DNA of 64,000 bases from Escherichia coli. Lineage in GTDB: Bacteria; Pseudomonadota; Gammaproteobacteria; Enterobacterales; Enterobacteriaceae. Positions 36,841 through 48,600 of this stretch are shown here, piece by piece (position 1 is the first letter of the stretch; the number at the start of each line of letters is the position of its first letter). Under the pieces are notes generated by a model. The model had not been told where the DNA came from, made no database searches, and saw only the letters and a list, made by a program, of their open reading frames with translations. A program made the position numbers and the translations under genes. The DNA is taken from NCBI RefSeq assembly GCF_024223415.1, contig NZ_CP100500.1; one strand, 5' to 3'.

Positions 36841-37973
36841 GACTGAAGATTCTCCGCAAGCCATGATGCCAGCTCGCCCGGCGTCATGGCGGCTATTTGT
36901 GCGCCGACATTAACCAGCGCCTGGGCCGTATCGCGGTCATAGCAAGGTGTTGCGGTGCTATCGAGCGCTGCCAGTCCCAGCACTTTGATGCCGCTCTGGA
37001 CACACTTTTTCACCTGATGCGTCAGTAATGATGATGAACCCCCTTCGTAAAAATCGCTCACGAGGATAATGACGCTTTTCGCTGGTTGTTCAATAAGTTG
37101 CCGACCATACTCCACGGCACTGGCGATATTGGTCCCGCCGCCCAACTGTACTTTCATTAATAACTCTACCGGATCGGCAACGTCTGCCGTGAGATCAACG
37201 ACGCTTGTGTCAAACGCCACCAGATGGGTACGAATGCCGGGTAACTGCCACAAACAGGCCGCCATCACCGCAGAGTGGATCACCGAATCGACCATCGATC
37301 CGCTTTGATCAACCAGTAAGACCAGTTGCCATTGTTCGCTTTGGCGTTTAATGCGGCTGTTAAAGCGGGGGGATTCGATATACAACTTGCCGTGTTGCGG
37401 GTGCCAGTGTTGCAGGTTGGCGCGCAGAGTACTTTTGAAATCAAAGTTTCGCGCCAGTGGAATAAATGAACGGCGACGGCGATCGCGGACACCAGAAAAA
37501 GCCTGACGAACTTCCTTTGCCAGTCGAGCCATAATTTCTTCAACAACCTGGCACACTATCCGGCGGGCGGCAGCCAGTACTTCGGGGTTCATCAGATGTT
37601 TGGTGTGCAAAACAGCGCGTAGCAGGCTTTCAGAAGGCTGCATACGTTCCAGCACGTCGAGATTCGTCACCACATCTTCAATGCCGTAGCGCAGCACGGC
37701 ATCGCTTTCCAGCCGCTCAATCACCTGCTGCGGAAACAGCGTGTGAATACTGTTGATCCACTCAGGGGTGGTGAGATTTGAGCCACCTAATCCACCGGAA
37801 CGTTCACCACGCTGGAGCCGTTCAGGATCGCGCCCATACAGCCACTCCAGCGCGTGGTCTATCTGCCGGGCGTTGTCATCCAGCCCACAAAGCGTCGTTT
37901 CTGCCGCTTCGCCAAGAATTAATCGCCAGCGTTGTAGCTCACGGGTGGTCAGAAGATCGTTCAGTTCAGACAT
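36837..37973 (-). CDS. yehP: von Willebrand factor A (VWA) domain protein YehP
   Basis: 378 aa starting at MSELNDLL. It carries the MIDAS-type motif LLVDQSGSM and overlaps the yehM stop by 8 nt. Confidence 0.9.
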   Translation of the reverse strand: MSELNDLLTTRELQRWRLILGEAAETTLCGLDDNARQIDHALEWLYGRDPERLQRGERSGGLGGSNLTTPEWINSIHTLFPQQVIERLESDAVLRYGIEDVVTNLDVLERMQPSESLLRAVLHTKHLMNPEVLAAARRIVCQVVEEIMARLAKEVRQAFSGVRDRRRRSFIPLARNFDFKSTLRANLQHWHPQHGKLYIESPRFNSRIKRQSEQWQLVLLVDQSGSMVDSVIHSAVMAACLWQLPGIRTHLVAFDTSVVDLTADVADPVELLMKVQLGGGTNIASAVEYGRQLIEQPAKSVIILVSDFYEGGSSSLLTHQVKKCVQSGIKVLGLAALDSTATPCYDRDTAQALVNVGAQIAAMTPGELASWLAENLQS

Positions 37974-40245
37974 GGAAAACTCCCCAGTTTTGCAGCGATG
38001 CCAGTGCCTGCTGTTCGAGTTGTTGATGATGTGCAATGGCCTGTGGTGGACAATGCAACGGCATTTGCAGCGCCGAAACGGGAAGTTGCGCCAGTTGATA
38101 ATGCTCAAGCACCTGATGCGCCAGCGTCCCGCGTTCTCGTGGTGGTAGCCAGGCCATCGCCGCGCGTAAATCGGGCAGGGCGTTAATAAAATCGGCTTCA
38201 CTCAGTTGATTTAAATGACTGCTGAAACCAGCGATAAATGCCGGCTGACAGGCCAGTTGATGGCGGGCCAGCGCCAGCAAACCGTGCAGCGCCTCACCAG
38301 ATTGTGCCGGGGATAACTGCGCCAGCATCGTCAGCGCCGCTTCGGCACTGGCGTTGGGATGTTCCAGACGCATTAGTGCGCCAAGAGCCGCGCCGCGATC
38401 CAGCGCCGGGGCATGAATTGCCTGACTGCGTCGCTCCAGTAAGGCTACCGCCGCAGAAAGAGAAACGCCGGGTAAATTAACGCCGCTATGTAGATCGCGC
38501 AGAATATGGCAAAGCGCTTGCCAGCTATGCAGGTGAGCGTGAAACTCCTTTTCATCCGGTCTGCCGTTAGATTCACACAGCCACAGCGTGCGATCGATAG
38601 TCGCGCATAACGTCGTTTGTAATATCTGCGCGCCTTGCATACCGCTAATTTCATCCAGCCGCCATAAGGCATAAAGCACTTCCAGCGCCTGGCCCATTTC
38701 GGCAAATTGATTTTCCTGGGCGATTAATAGTGTGAGTTGCTCCAGTAATTGTTGACTGAAGGACGCCAGACCCGCTAACGCCGCCTGGCTAAGACATGTG
38801 GTGATACTGCCGATTCCGCCCGCGTCCAGCATATCGGCTTCTAATTTATTGCGTGCGGCTTCCTGGAGTGTGGCACCAAAACAGGCGGCCTCAATCAATG
38901 CCGCATGCTGGCTAAGCGGGCGGGTTAATTTCCAGCGTTCTTCACCGTTGCCTGCAAGTGTCAGTGTACTTCCCTGCTGGCGTACAATCCCAGGGATCTC
39001 CAGTATTGCCAGCCGATGTAACACCTGACTTTGCGCCAGCCCATCGGGGGTAAAGCGATTTAAGGTAAGCTCCGCCGGAAGGGAGATTGCGGTACGTTCC
39101 AGTTCGCAGGTGACATCTTTTGGCAGAGGCGGTTGTGGCGTAGAAGGGGCAAGTTTACCGAATCCGTCACCCGCTAATGTGTCTATCAACGTTAGCAGAA
39201 TCGGATCGGTATCGGGATGAATAACGCCGCGATAGCTCCACGGCAACGGCGCGTTCAGGGCTTCTTTAATCAGCGAGCCTGCTATGGCATCCAGCCAGTC
39301 AGTGCGTAACGGTAGTGTATGACCGCGCAACTGTGCCAGCGCCATCGCATGCAGATGAGCGGCAGCCATATCCGCGGTAGAAGCGGGCAATTTGTGCTGG
39401 CGCAAACGGGTAAGGATAGTTTTTAGCAGTTGTTCACCGGCCTTCTGCAAGCCCCACTGCCAGCACCAGTTTTGCCATACCGGGGCAGGCATTCCTGAAA
39501 GGTATCCTGCCAGCACATCAAGGCGCTTTTCACTGTAGGGTGTGAGATAACAACCTGTAACGGCATCTGCCAGCGAGGGCAATTCTGGCTTGTTAATTTT
39601 CTGAGGGCATTCGCGCCACATCTTTGCCAGTGCCGGAGCGTGCCAGCCACCGCAGACAACTAACACGTCGCCATTATTTTGCTGCATCGCCCATCCAATC
39701 CAGCGGGCCATAAAGGCTTCGCGCTGACGATTGAGCGCATCGCCGGAGGCGTCGCCCCGCAGTTGGGCAAAATAGTGCGCCAGCGCAGAGGGTAATGCAG
39801 TTTGCTGGCTTTCATCTTCGAACAAGTGATCCCACAGGGTATCGCTGTTATCCATGCGGGTGGCACGCAGCAGTAAGGCCTGGCTTTCATCTTGCGTATC
39901 AGGCGAATCGTCCTCTTCTTCACTCTGCGCCCAGCAAGGCAAATCGATGAAGTAAGTTTGTGCCTGAATGCGACGTGCGGCTTGTAGCGCCTGCCACTCC
40001 GGCGAAAATTCAGCAAATGGCGTCCAGGCACCACGCCCGGGGGCTGCACCGTCCTGATACTGGCAATAACTGTAAATAGCTACCGGAAGCTGGTGGGCTA
40101 AAAACAGTTCGTCTACCCGGTCATTAAAATCAGCCGGGCCTTCAATCAACACGTATCGTGGCCGCTGGCTTTCGATTAACGATTTCACCAGCCGGGCGCA
40201 GGCCGGACTATGATGCCGGATGCCGACAATTAACGGCTCGCTCAT
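37966..40245 (-). CDS. yehM: Large uncharacterised protein YehM (DUF5682-like)
   Basis: 759 aa starting at MSEPLIVGIRHHSPACARL. No recognised catalytic motif. It starts 10 nt after the yehL stop. Confidence 0.9.
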   Translation of the reverse strand: MSEPLIVGIRHHSPACARLVKSLIESQRPRYVLIEGPADFNDRVDELFLAHQLPVAIYSYCQYQDGAAPGRGAWTPFAEFSPEWQALQAARRIQAQTYFIDLPCWAQSEEEDDSPDTQDESQALLLRATRMDNSDTLWDHLFEDESQQTALPSALAHYFAQLRGDASGDALNRQREAFMARWIGWAMQQNNGDVLVVCGGWHAPALAKMWRECPQKINKPELPSLADAVTGCYLTPYSEKRLDVLAGYLSGMPAPVWQNWCWQWGLQKAGEQLLKTILTRLRQHKLPASTADMAAAHLHAMALAQLRGHTLPLRTDWLDAIAGSLIKEALNAPLPWSYRGVIHPDTDPILLTLIDTLAGDGFGKLAPSTPQPPLPKDVTCELERTAISLPAELTLNRFTPDGLAQSQVLHRLAILEIPGIVRQQGSTLTLAGNGEERWKLTRPLSQHAALIEAACFGATLQEAARNKLEADMLDAGGIGSITTCLSQAALAGLASFSQQLLEQLTLLIAQENQFAEMGQALEVLYALWRLDEISGMQGAQILQTTLCATIDRTLWLCESNGRPDEKEFHAHLHSWQALCHILRDLHSGVNLPGVSLSAAVALLERRSQAIHAPALDRGAALGALMRLEHPNASAEAALTMLAQLSPAQSGEALHGLLALARHQLACQPAFIAGFSSHLNQLSEADFINALPDLRAAMAWLPPRERGTLAHQVLEHYQLAQLPVSALQMPLHCPPQAIAHHQQLEQQALASLQNWGVFHV

Positions 40246-40255
40246 GCATCTTTCC

Positions 40256-41344
40256 TCACGGCAGGCGGTGGCGGGCTTGATAATAAGCCTGCCAGTGAGC
40301 TTCTTTATGTGTGGCGACACGCTGTTCGAAGTAACGGCGCAGACGCGCGCGATCTTCTTCGTTATCTTTGACGATGGTTCCGGCAATACATTCCACCAGG
40401 TCGGCAGGCTCCCCCGCGCGATTCGCTAAAAACCAGGCGCGGACGCCCACAGCATGGGCCACGTTCACGGCTTCAGCGGTGGACATAATCGCTGTCAGTG
40501 TATCCATTGACGTTTTCTTTTCGCCGTTGGCACGCAGATCGCGGAAGGTGCGGACCAGTAATTCCAGTACCGCGTCAGGCACTTTATGCGGAATACCGCT
40601 ATGGGCCAGCAAACGCGCCGAAGCACTGGCGACCAGTTCCAACTCCTGGGCGAAATCCATAATCGGAAAAACCGTTTCAAAATCGAAGCGACGCTTTAGC
40701 GCAGCACTCATTTCATTGACGCCGCGATCGCGGGTATTGGCAGTGGCAATAATATTAAAGCCTTCTCGCGCATAGAGCTGACTGGCTTCACCAGTGAGTT
40801 CCGGCACCGTCATCACCCTGTCAGAAAGCATACCTAACAGACAGTCCTGCACTTCCAGCGGTGTACGCGTTATCTCTTCGAAACGGACGATTTTGCCGTC
40901 GCGCATTCCCTGATAAAGCGGGGCAGGGACCAGCGCTTCCGTTGACGGACCATGATTGATAAGCAAGGCGTAGTTCCAGCCATACTTGATTTGATCTTCG
41001 GTGGTAGATGCCCCGCCCTGGATGGTTAACCCGGCATCGCCGCTAATAGCGGTTGCCAGTAATTCAGAAAGAAGAGATTTTGCGGTACCCGGTTCCCCCA
41101 CCAACATCAAACCGCGGCCGGTAGCAAGAGTGACTAACATACGTTCGACAGCGGAGGGGCTAATCACCACTTTACGGCTGATATTTTGCGCTTCGTCGCC
41201 AAGGATAAAAGCACGGGCCGCAGGCAAACTTAACTGCCAACCGGGCGGGCAAGGTGCGTTATCATTTTGTTTTAATTTTGCCAGTTCATCGGCGTATAAC
41301 ACAGCAGCAGGCGGACGCTGCAGATGATTATTCTGCGGTGACAT
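40256..41344 (-). CDS. yehL: MoxR-like AAA+ ATPase YehL
   Basis: 362 aa starting at MSPQNNHLQ. It has Walker A GEPGTAKS, a Walker B-like IVRFEEITR, and a sensor/Arg-finger region ATANTRDRG..ALKRRF. Confidence 0.9.
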   Translation of the reverse strand: MSPQNNHLQRPPAAVLYADELAKLKQNDNAPCPPGWQLSLPAARAFILGDEAQNISRKVVISPSAVERMLVTLATGRGLMLVGEPGTAKSLLSELLATAISGDAGLTIQGGASTTEDQIKYGWNYALLINHGPSTEALVPAPLYQGMRDGKIVRFEEITRTPLEVQDCLLGMLSDRVMTVPELTGEASQLYAREGFNIIATANTRDRGVNEMSAALKRRFDFETVFPIMDFAQELELVASASARLLAHSGIPHKVPDAVLELLVRTFRDLRANGEKKTSMDTLTAIMSTAEAVNVAHAVGVRAWFLANRAGEPADLVECIAGTIVKDNEEDRARLRRYFEQRVATHKEAHWQAYYQARHRLP

Positions 41345-41451
41345 ATATTCATCCCTGAAATGTATTAATGAAATAAACGATATTTTACGCGCAATAAATG
41401 TTTGGCGCATTAGTTGTTTGAGCGAAAAATATCTGGAAAGCAGATCACAGT

Positions 41452-41490
41452 AAATAAAAAAACCTGCTGGTGAGGCAGGTTCTTTTATTT
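41452..41490. terminator. Bidirectional terminator separating yehK from yehL
   Basis: ACCTGC-TGGTGAG-GCAGGT, flanked by AAATAAAAAA upstream and TCTTTTATTT downstream. Confidence 0.7.
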
Positions 41491-41650
41491 ACTATTTTCA
41501 GGCCTAACACCACAGCCTGTGCAACATCGTGTTCCAACGAACGAATTATAACCACGGCTGGACCCCGTTGCAATTAAGATAATGAGATTTATAATCCAGG
41601 CCATTGGGACGTTGCGCCGGATCGGACCAATTTGAATTATTTAGAGTATA

Positions 41651-41968
41651 TTATTCTATTTCTTGGTTGAATATATTCTGTAGTTCACGATTAAAAATTG
41701 CTATTACAGTTTCAGGTGATTCACCTCGTAATTTCCGCTCATCAATACACTCATCTCTTATATAAATCAACGCATCATTTATTAGCGGGTCAGCATCTTC
41801 TCGATCACGTTGATGAAATGTTGGACGTAGCCGGAATCGCTCCAGTCGATAGACGGAACCTGTAAATAATTCAGAGCATTTATGGATCTCAAGTCTGAAG
41901 GAAAACGGATCTTCAGGTACAGGGACCTCATAATCGTAAATAGCAACCAGCTCTTTTTGCACGATCAT
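41651..41968 (-). CDS. yehK: Small uncharacterised protein YehK
   Basis: 105-aa ORF in the K-12 position. The gene is AT-rich relative to its neighbours. Confidence 0.8.
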   Translation of the reverse strand: MIVQKELVAIYDYEVPVPEDPFSFRLEIHKCSELFTGSVYRLERFRLRPTFHQRDREDADPLINDALIYIRDECIDERKLRGESPETVIAIFNRELQNIFNQEIE

Positions 41969-42028
41969 CGCTTTCCCCGCTGGTAAGTCGTGTTGATAAC
42001 GGGCAGTTGCATCACTGCCCGCTGTGTT

Positions 42029-45000
42029 TTAATGGAAAATGACGTCAGGTGCGCTTAACGCCTCACTCAAATCAAACACATCAAGTTCGGCAAAGGTGAC
42101 GGATTTATTGTCACGGTACACTCGAAGAGAACGGAAGCTCATTAGCGCTTTGCTATCAACATTGTAGTGGTTAAAACCGGGTGAAAACTTAAGGACCAGC
42201 CGGTACTCACCCAGGTTATAGACAAATGCGTCCTCATAGCCTGACTCCCAGCCTTTGTATCGCATTCCCATAAGTTGCCCAACGGTAGCGGATTTACCTT
42301 CCCAGCGAGTCAGGCTGTTACTGGTTGACTCGTCAGGTGTGAGCAGCACCGTGCGGCGCGACAACTGGCGAAAAGGCGGCATAATTTCGTAATCGGCAAA
42401 AAGCTGTGCAAATTCACTGCGCATTTCTGCTGTCATTTCTAACGGGTGGGCAATGCCAATCAGAGCGTCCGCAGGCAGGTCAATTGGCTCATCTTGCGCA
42501 TTGCAGAACTCCCCCTCTGCGGCCACACGAAAGGCTTTGAGTAAACAACGCGGTTCATTTGCCGGATAAACCCCCCATATTAATCGCTGGGTAACCAGAC
42601 GGGTAAAGGGATGATTAACAAACAGAGAATGAAAATCTGCCAGCGACCAGCGTCGGGTGGTACGTAGGGCCGTTTCAAGACGCGGGAGCAGGTTTTTGCT
42701 CACCTGAGTAGCATCTTTTTTTAGCCCTTTTAGTCGGGCCAGTGCCTCGGGCGCTTTCAGTTGATCGTCATCGGCGCGCAAACGGGGAACGCTTTTCTGG
42801 CGAACGTTTTGCTGATCAAAGATAACCGGGTTGAGATTTTCATCGAAGCGAACGGTAAACTGCCGGGGACCAAAATCAAAACTCAACGCCTGCGGATCAT
42901 CAAGGCCCAGGGTTGGGACTAATCTGTCCGCTAGCTCTTCCTGGCTTAGCCCGCGATTTTCTGCGACCACCTGAAGAAATTCCGCCGCGTTATCACGTAA
43001 GGGGCGGGATTTAGCCCGTTGCGATATATGATGCAGCTGTATCAGCGCCATATCATTATTCATCAGGGTAAGGATGTTCAGGCCGCTGACAGCACGGGCA
43101 GATTTGCCTTCTTGTGGCCAGGCGAGGATCTGTGTCGTCAGATCCCGTGCCGTGCTTTCGTCACCAAAGAGACTTAACGCCAGAAATGCCCAGTTGTCTT
43201 TTGCGGGGGCACCAGCTTGTTGCCACGCAGTGAAGAGATCCCAAGCAAAAGCTGCCAGCGTTTGTGGCTGGCAGAACGTTTTCAGTTGTTCCAGCCCGCT
43301 ATAAAAACGTCCCCCCTGGGTAAAGCGCAGCATTTCGCCGATAATTTCCAGAGCGTCATTGGTAACAGTTTGATTATTAGTGATAAGGCGCGGCCTGGAC
43401 CACATTTGCGGATGCCAGAAATCAGGGGCTTTTGGAATGCGTGCCGGGTAAATGTCCATTGGACCCTGTTTAAGCAACTGCTCCAGGGCAGACCATACAT
43501 CTGTACGCTGCCAGCGGTTTGCCACGGTTTGTAGCAATTCGCCATGTCCCTGTTCGTACAGTAAACGCAGGGCAAGTAATGCGGCTTCGCTATTATCGCT
43601 GGGTTTGGTAAAGACAAGAGGGATAAGTGCACTAGCCGTATGTTCCGGCCATTGTAAAATCCACTGGCGAGCCAGATCACGCTGCGCCGCGAAACGTCGC
43701 CAGACGTGGGCAACAGGCAGCGCCAGTTCTGTTGCGCCAAAATTTAAAATTAACGGAAATGTTTCTTTTGGACGATGTGAAAAAGCCAACAGCAGACCTG
43801 GTAGCGCATCCAATCCGAGGATACTGAGAAAATAGTCCTCACCCGCGAACAGATGCTTTTTCTCATTGATACGCAGCCAGAAGGTCAAAGCCATCTCACG
43901 CGGCAACTGTGCCAATAAATACAGGTTCCAGACACTCTTTTCCGGACGATAATGTGAGTAGTTGTCATTTTCCCATATGTTAATTAACGCTTCTATGTGA
44001 CCGCTGCGGAGCGCCTGTTCTGCTAATTGTGCTTCCGGGGAGTTCCAGCCATTCAGGATCTCTTCAACCCGCCCCTGGTAGTAATGCCACTGAACAAAGA
44101 GTGAATTGCGTGCAGCATCCAGTTTTCCGGGGAGTATATAATTCAGAAACAGCCATACATCATCCCCAAAACCCAGTTCCTGTAATACAACTCGTCCACT
44201 TTTTTGTTCCATGCGTTGCGCAAGAGATTCCGTGCTGAAATAACGGGCAGGCTCAGTGGCGGCAAGCCTCTCTTGTTCGCCTGGTTGCCAGTAAACTTGC
44301 GGAGTTAATTCGAGCGGTGCCAAATCAAGACGTGGAGCTGTCATTTTTTTCTTACTACGCCACGGTGGTGAAACGAGGATTTCTGGCAGATTGCTGTTAT
44401 CGGTGCCATCAATAACCGGTTTGGGCGGTGCCGATAAATAACTCTTCAGCACTGACTGGGGTTGAGTACTTAACCACGGCATCACTTCTGCTGCCAGTTG
44501 TGGCTGCGATGCCATCAGCGTTTGTAACAGCGCACGCCAGTATTCATCGCGTGCTTTTTGCTGTGCAGGCAGCTTTTTGTCTTCGATGATTGGATAACCA
44601 GGGCGGGCTGGTGGTTCTGTTAACGCCAGCAGTTCTGCCAGTGCGGCGAGCGTCGCATGGGGGAAGTTTTTATGGTATTTAGCTACACGTTGCAGGCTGG
44701 GTTTGTTTTTATCAGCCACCAGTAGCAAGGTGCGGATGACTTGCGGATGGTTAATTTGTACCAGCAGACTGCCGCAATCTTCTTTATGGGCATACATCGC
44801 GAGGCGCGGAATGGCTGCCAGTCCTTGTTCGCGCAAAAGGGCGGCGCAGGCCGCGTAGCCGAAGTGGTTTTCATGCGACATGTAGCTGGCTTCTCGATCG
44901 CTAAATATATCCTGGCTCCAGTAGTGTTCGAGTTTTCTCACCGCTGTGGGGTCATTAGCAACAACTTTTAACCACTCCTTAGAATGAAAATGAGTTCGCG

Positions 45001-45661
45001 GGCATTCAAGGCCTACCAACTCATTGGCTATTTCTGGTTTTTCCGGGAGGATCAGCGCAATAAAAGGGCGGCGAACTTTGGTTATTCCTGGTAGTGCGGC
45101 AATGAGTTTGTCGGCGCAACGCTGCCAGCAGCTTTCCTCTGCCAGAGAGAGATGCTTACGCAGTCGGAGATCGAATTCGTTATAGGTTTCTGAGCGATAA
45201 CCATAGCCATAATCCTCGTCCTGATACTGCAATGTCACTACCAGAGGATCACTCTCATAACACCGCGCAATAAACTGGCGTGCAATCACCACCTCAGTCG
45301 CATATTCCAGCCCCTCTTGTTGGACGATTTCGTCGAGCAACTGTTGGCTGTCATTTTGCGCGATACAGGCTAGCGCCGCCATTGTCCGGTCCGGGATTGA
45401 GGGTTTGTGTTCGCCGATCAAGTTGATGGCCTGCGTGATGGCGGACTGCCACTCCAGTGAAAAATTCTCATAACGCCAGACAATGTTTTTTTTCTTCTCA
45501 GCTTTTTGTAGCAATTCATCACCCAATGTCTGGATGAGACTTCCAGTGATAACGGACACTGGTTCGCCCGGCCAGCGACGATGACTGAGCGGCGTTTTGC
45601 CTTTTTTATATTTCAGTTCCAGTTGGGCGTTATCCGCCAGCCACGGTAATTCCTTGTCCAT
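42029..45661 (-). CDS. yehI: Large DUF4132-type protein YehI
   Basis: 1210 aa. Collinear paralog of the downstream-adjacent molR product (for example FGPRQFTVRFDENL vs FGPRQFTVSFDETL, and RRWSLADF vs RRWSLENF). Confidence 0.9.
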   Translation of the reverse strand: MDKELPWLADNAQLELKYKKGKTPLSHRRWPGEPVSVITGSLIQTLGDELLQKAEKKKNIVWRYENFSLEWQSAITQAINLIGEHKPSIPDRTMAALACIAQNDSQQLLDEIVQQEGLEYATEVVIARQFIARCYESDPLVVTLQYQDEDYGYGYRSETYNEFDLRLRKHLSLAEESCWQRCADKLIAALPGITKVRRPFIALILPEKPEIANELVGLECPRTHFHSKEWLKVVANDPTAVRKLEHYWSQDIFSDREASYMSHENHFGYAACAALLREQGLAAIPRLAMYAHKEDCGSLLVQINHPQVIRTLLLVADKNKPSLQRVAKYHKNFPHATLAALAELLALTEPPARPGYPIIEDKKLPAQQKARDEYWRALLQTLMASQPQLAAEVMPWLSTQPQSVLKSYLSAPPKPVIDGTDNSNLPEILVSPPWRSKKKMTAPRLDLAPLELTPQVYWQPGEQERLAATEPARYFSTESLAQRMEQKSGRVVLQELGFGDDVWLFLNYILPGKLDAARNSLFVQWHYYQGRVEEILNGWNSPEAQLAEQALRSGHIEALINIWENDNYSHYRPEKSVWNLYLLAQLPREMALTFWLRINEKKHLFAGEDYFLSILGLDALPGLLLAFSHRPKETFPLILNFGATELALPVAHVWRRFAAQRDLARQWILQWPEHTASALIPLVFTKPSDNSEAALLALRLLYEQGHGELLQTVANRWQRTDVWSALEQLLKQGPMDIYPARIPKAPDFWHPQMWSRPRLITNNQTVTNDALEIIGEMLRFTQGGRFYSGLEQLKTFCQPQTLAAFAWDLFTAWQQAGAPAKDNWAFLALSLFGDESTARDLTTQILAWPQEGKSARAVSGLNILTLMNNDMALIQLHHISQRAKSRPLRDNAAEFLQVVAENRGLSQEELADRLVPTLGLDDPQALSFDFGPRQFTVRFDENLNPVIFDQQNVRQKSVPRLRADDDQLKAPEALARLKGLKKDATQVSKNLLPRLETALRTTRRWSLADFHSLFVNHPFTRLVTQRLIWGVYPANEPRCLLKAFRVAAEGEFCNAQDEPIDLPADALIGIAHPLEMTAEMRSEFAQLFADYEIMPPFRQLSRRTVLLTPDESTSNSLTRWEGKSATVGQLMGMRYKGWESGYEDAFVYNLGEYRLVLKFSPGFNHYNVDSKALMSFRSLRVYRDNKSVTFAELDVFDLSEALSAPDVIFH

Positions 45662-45670
45662 GCTCTTTCC

Positions 45671-48600
45671 TTATTCAAACAGGGCTTCAATATCGTTAAT
45701 TAGCTCGCTGGCGGTGATGGCATCGATTACGGAGAACTGCGCTTCCTGTGTTGAATTACTCCCCCAGCCATATCTTTCTGCTTTGCCTTCCCATAGCCAC
45801 AGCTTGCTTAAGAGCTGCTCAGCGCTGAGTTCGGCTGGCGACATGCCTACCGCAAAGCCTTCATCGATTTCCATGATTAACGACCAGCGACCCAAAGGTT
45901 TGATCATCCATCCGATCCAGCCTCCATCCTGTGGTTCGCCCTTTATCCAGCCTTTATTCGCCAGCCCCATGACCCGACCACTCGGGCATTTTCTGCCTGC
46001 CCAGCGGGTCAGTTCACTGGCATTGCGCTCGGCTTCTGTCAGGGCGTAGCTGTTACGGTCGATCTGGCGGAACGGTGGTAGCAGTTCGTAGTCGGCAAAA
46101 AGCTGACCAAAGGCGGCAGCATCCGTTGGTGATATTTCCAGAACGTGAGGAGTGCCGATAGAGATATCGCCTTCCGGCAGGGTGAAAAGATCATCGTCAG
46201 CGGTGCTGGAGCTGTTATCTTCTGCTACGCGAAAGCAAGCCAGTAGCTGGTTTTCGGCGCTATAAACGCCCCAAATCAGACGGCGGGTTAAGTGACGAAC
46301 CAGCGGATGCTCAACCAGGAAGAGCTGGAAGTTTTCCAGCGACCAGCGGCGGCGCAGGCACATGGCGGATTCCAGCCTTGCTACCTGCTGGGCGGCGATG
46401 GTACGCGCATCTTTTTTCAGCAATTTGTAGCGGTTAACCGCATCGTTCGCCCGCGTTTCATCATCGCTTTTGTTCGGTTTGGGCAGGTCTTTCAGGCGGC
46501 TGCCGGAAACATCACGCACAAACGGTTTTAAGGTTTCATCAAAGCTGACGGTGAACTGCCGTGGGCCAAAATCCAGCAGCAGCGAACCGTTATCATCCAG
46601 ACCGAGATCCGGTGCTAACCGATCTTCAAGCTCCGCCACCGTGAGTTCGCGGCTCTCGGCAATGTCGGCAATTTTTTCTTTTGCCCGCTCCTGTAATGCT
46701 TTGAATTTCAGTTTCTGGGCGATGCCGTTAAGCTGCATAAGGGCGATATCACTACCGATAGCAGCGAGAATATCCAACCCAACGGTGGCGCGTTTATGCT
46801 GGGATTCACCAGGCCAGGCGCGTATTAATGGCGTCAGTTTGCGGGCGGTGTCATCGTTACCGAGAACGCCTAACGCAGTGAACGCCCAACTCTCTTTCGA
46901 CGGCGCGCCAGCGGTCTGCCAGGCGGTAAACAGATCCCAGGCAAATCCCGCCAGTGAGTCGGCGGAACAGACGTCTTTCACCTGCAATAATCCCGGATAC
47001 AGAGCCTCTTCCTGAGGGAAGCGGAGCATTTCACCGAGGTGGAGGAGGGCGCTATCTGGCAGTGATTGGGCATTTGCTTTTAATACCGGGCGCGTCCAGA
47101 GCGATGGCTGATAAAAGGCCGGAAGAGTGGGGATTTTTGTCGGGTGATTATCTAAGGGATCGAGCGCAAGCAGAGCGTTCACCGCATCGGTTACTTCCGG
47201 CTGGTTATAACGTCGGGCGATTTCTTGCAGTAATGGCTGATGACCGTTTTCGGTAAGCATACGCAAGGCAGCGCGGGCGTTATCCTGGGCTTCACCGGCT
47301 TTGCCGAGCGCCGCAGGCAGCAGGCCGGTAAGGGCATGTTCCGGGTATTTCAACAGCCAGCTACGGGCGTTTTCGCGTAGCGTTTTCAGTTTGTTGAAGG
47401 CACGGGCGACGGCAGGAGCCAGCTCACTCGCTGCGAAGTAATTCGTGATGGGCAAGGCTTCTTGTGGATAGCGTGCAAGTGAGTTTACTAACCCAGGTAA
47501 CCCTTTGAGTCCAAAATGTAACATGGAGTATTCGGTATCGGTATGTGGAGATAGGGTAAGGGCATTCCATGCTTTTACTGCTTTCTCCAGCGGCAATGTT
47601 GTCAAAATCCCCAACTGCCAATAATGCCCGGTAGGTGAATGAAACACCTTAAATTCACTTAGTAAGGTTGAATAATCTTCATTTAGCCATGCCTCAACTA
47701 CCGCTTCGGGAGCTTTAATATATGTACCAGCGATCCGTCGTTGAAAACCCATCCTTGCCAACAGGTTGGTAGTACTTTCTTCATGGCTAACCGTGATGTG
47801 TTTTGAATACCAGATATATTTCGCCAAAAGTTGATTACTGATTTCTTCTGTCAGATAACAGATTGGCTCAATGCCTAATGGCGCTAAATCCAGCACCGGA
47901 ATCGGCGATTTTTTCTTTTTCGAAAGCCAGGGAGGGGAGACTACTACGGCTGGCAGTAGATCGGCGCTGGCATGGTTTGAGGGCTGTGTCAGTTGTTGCT
48001 GGCATGATTTCAGTACGGCAACTGCGGGTGTCGAGAGCCAGGGAATGACCTGTTCTGCCAGTGCTGGTTGTGAGATAAGCATTGTCATTAGCATAATGCG
48101 CCAACTGTTCTCTTCTTTTTGCCCAAGAAGTTCCGTCAGTGCCGCCATTGCTGCATGTGGGAACGCAGCAATGGCTTTCGTCATCCGATCGTGACAGCGT
48201 TTAGTTTGCCCGGCTACACGTATAAGCAGTGTCAATGCGAACGGATGATTGATATGACGCAACACATCGGCGCAGTAGTCACTTGCGGCATAGGGAGCAA
48301 ATCGGGGCAGGGCTGCAACACCTTGCTCCTGTAATACGGTGGCTGACCATATCGCACCACAATAGTAATCATCAAAAATGGCATATGGTTCGTGATATTT
48401 TTCTAATGAGGCAAGAATGTGCTCATCAGTCGCCACTATTTTTAACCACTCAAGCGAGGGTAATTTTTTTTGCCCCAGTAGACGCTGGGCAATTTCATGT
48501 GCAATTTCTGGTTTTTCGGGTAATAACAAAGCAATTAATGGTTGCCGCCATTCTGGAATATGTGGAATTGCTGCAATAAGTTTTTGTGCACATTTTTGCC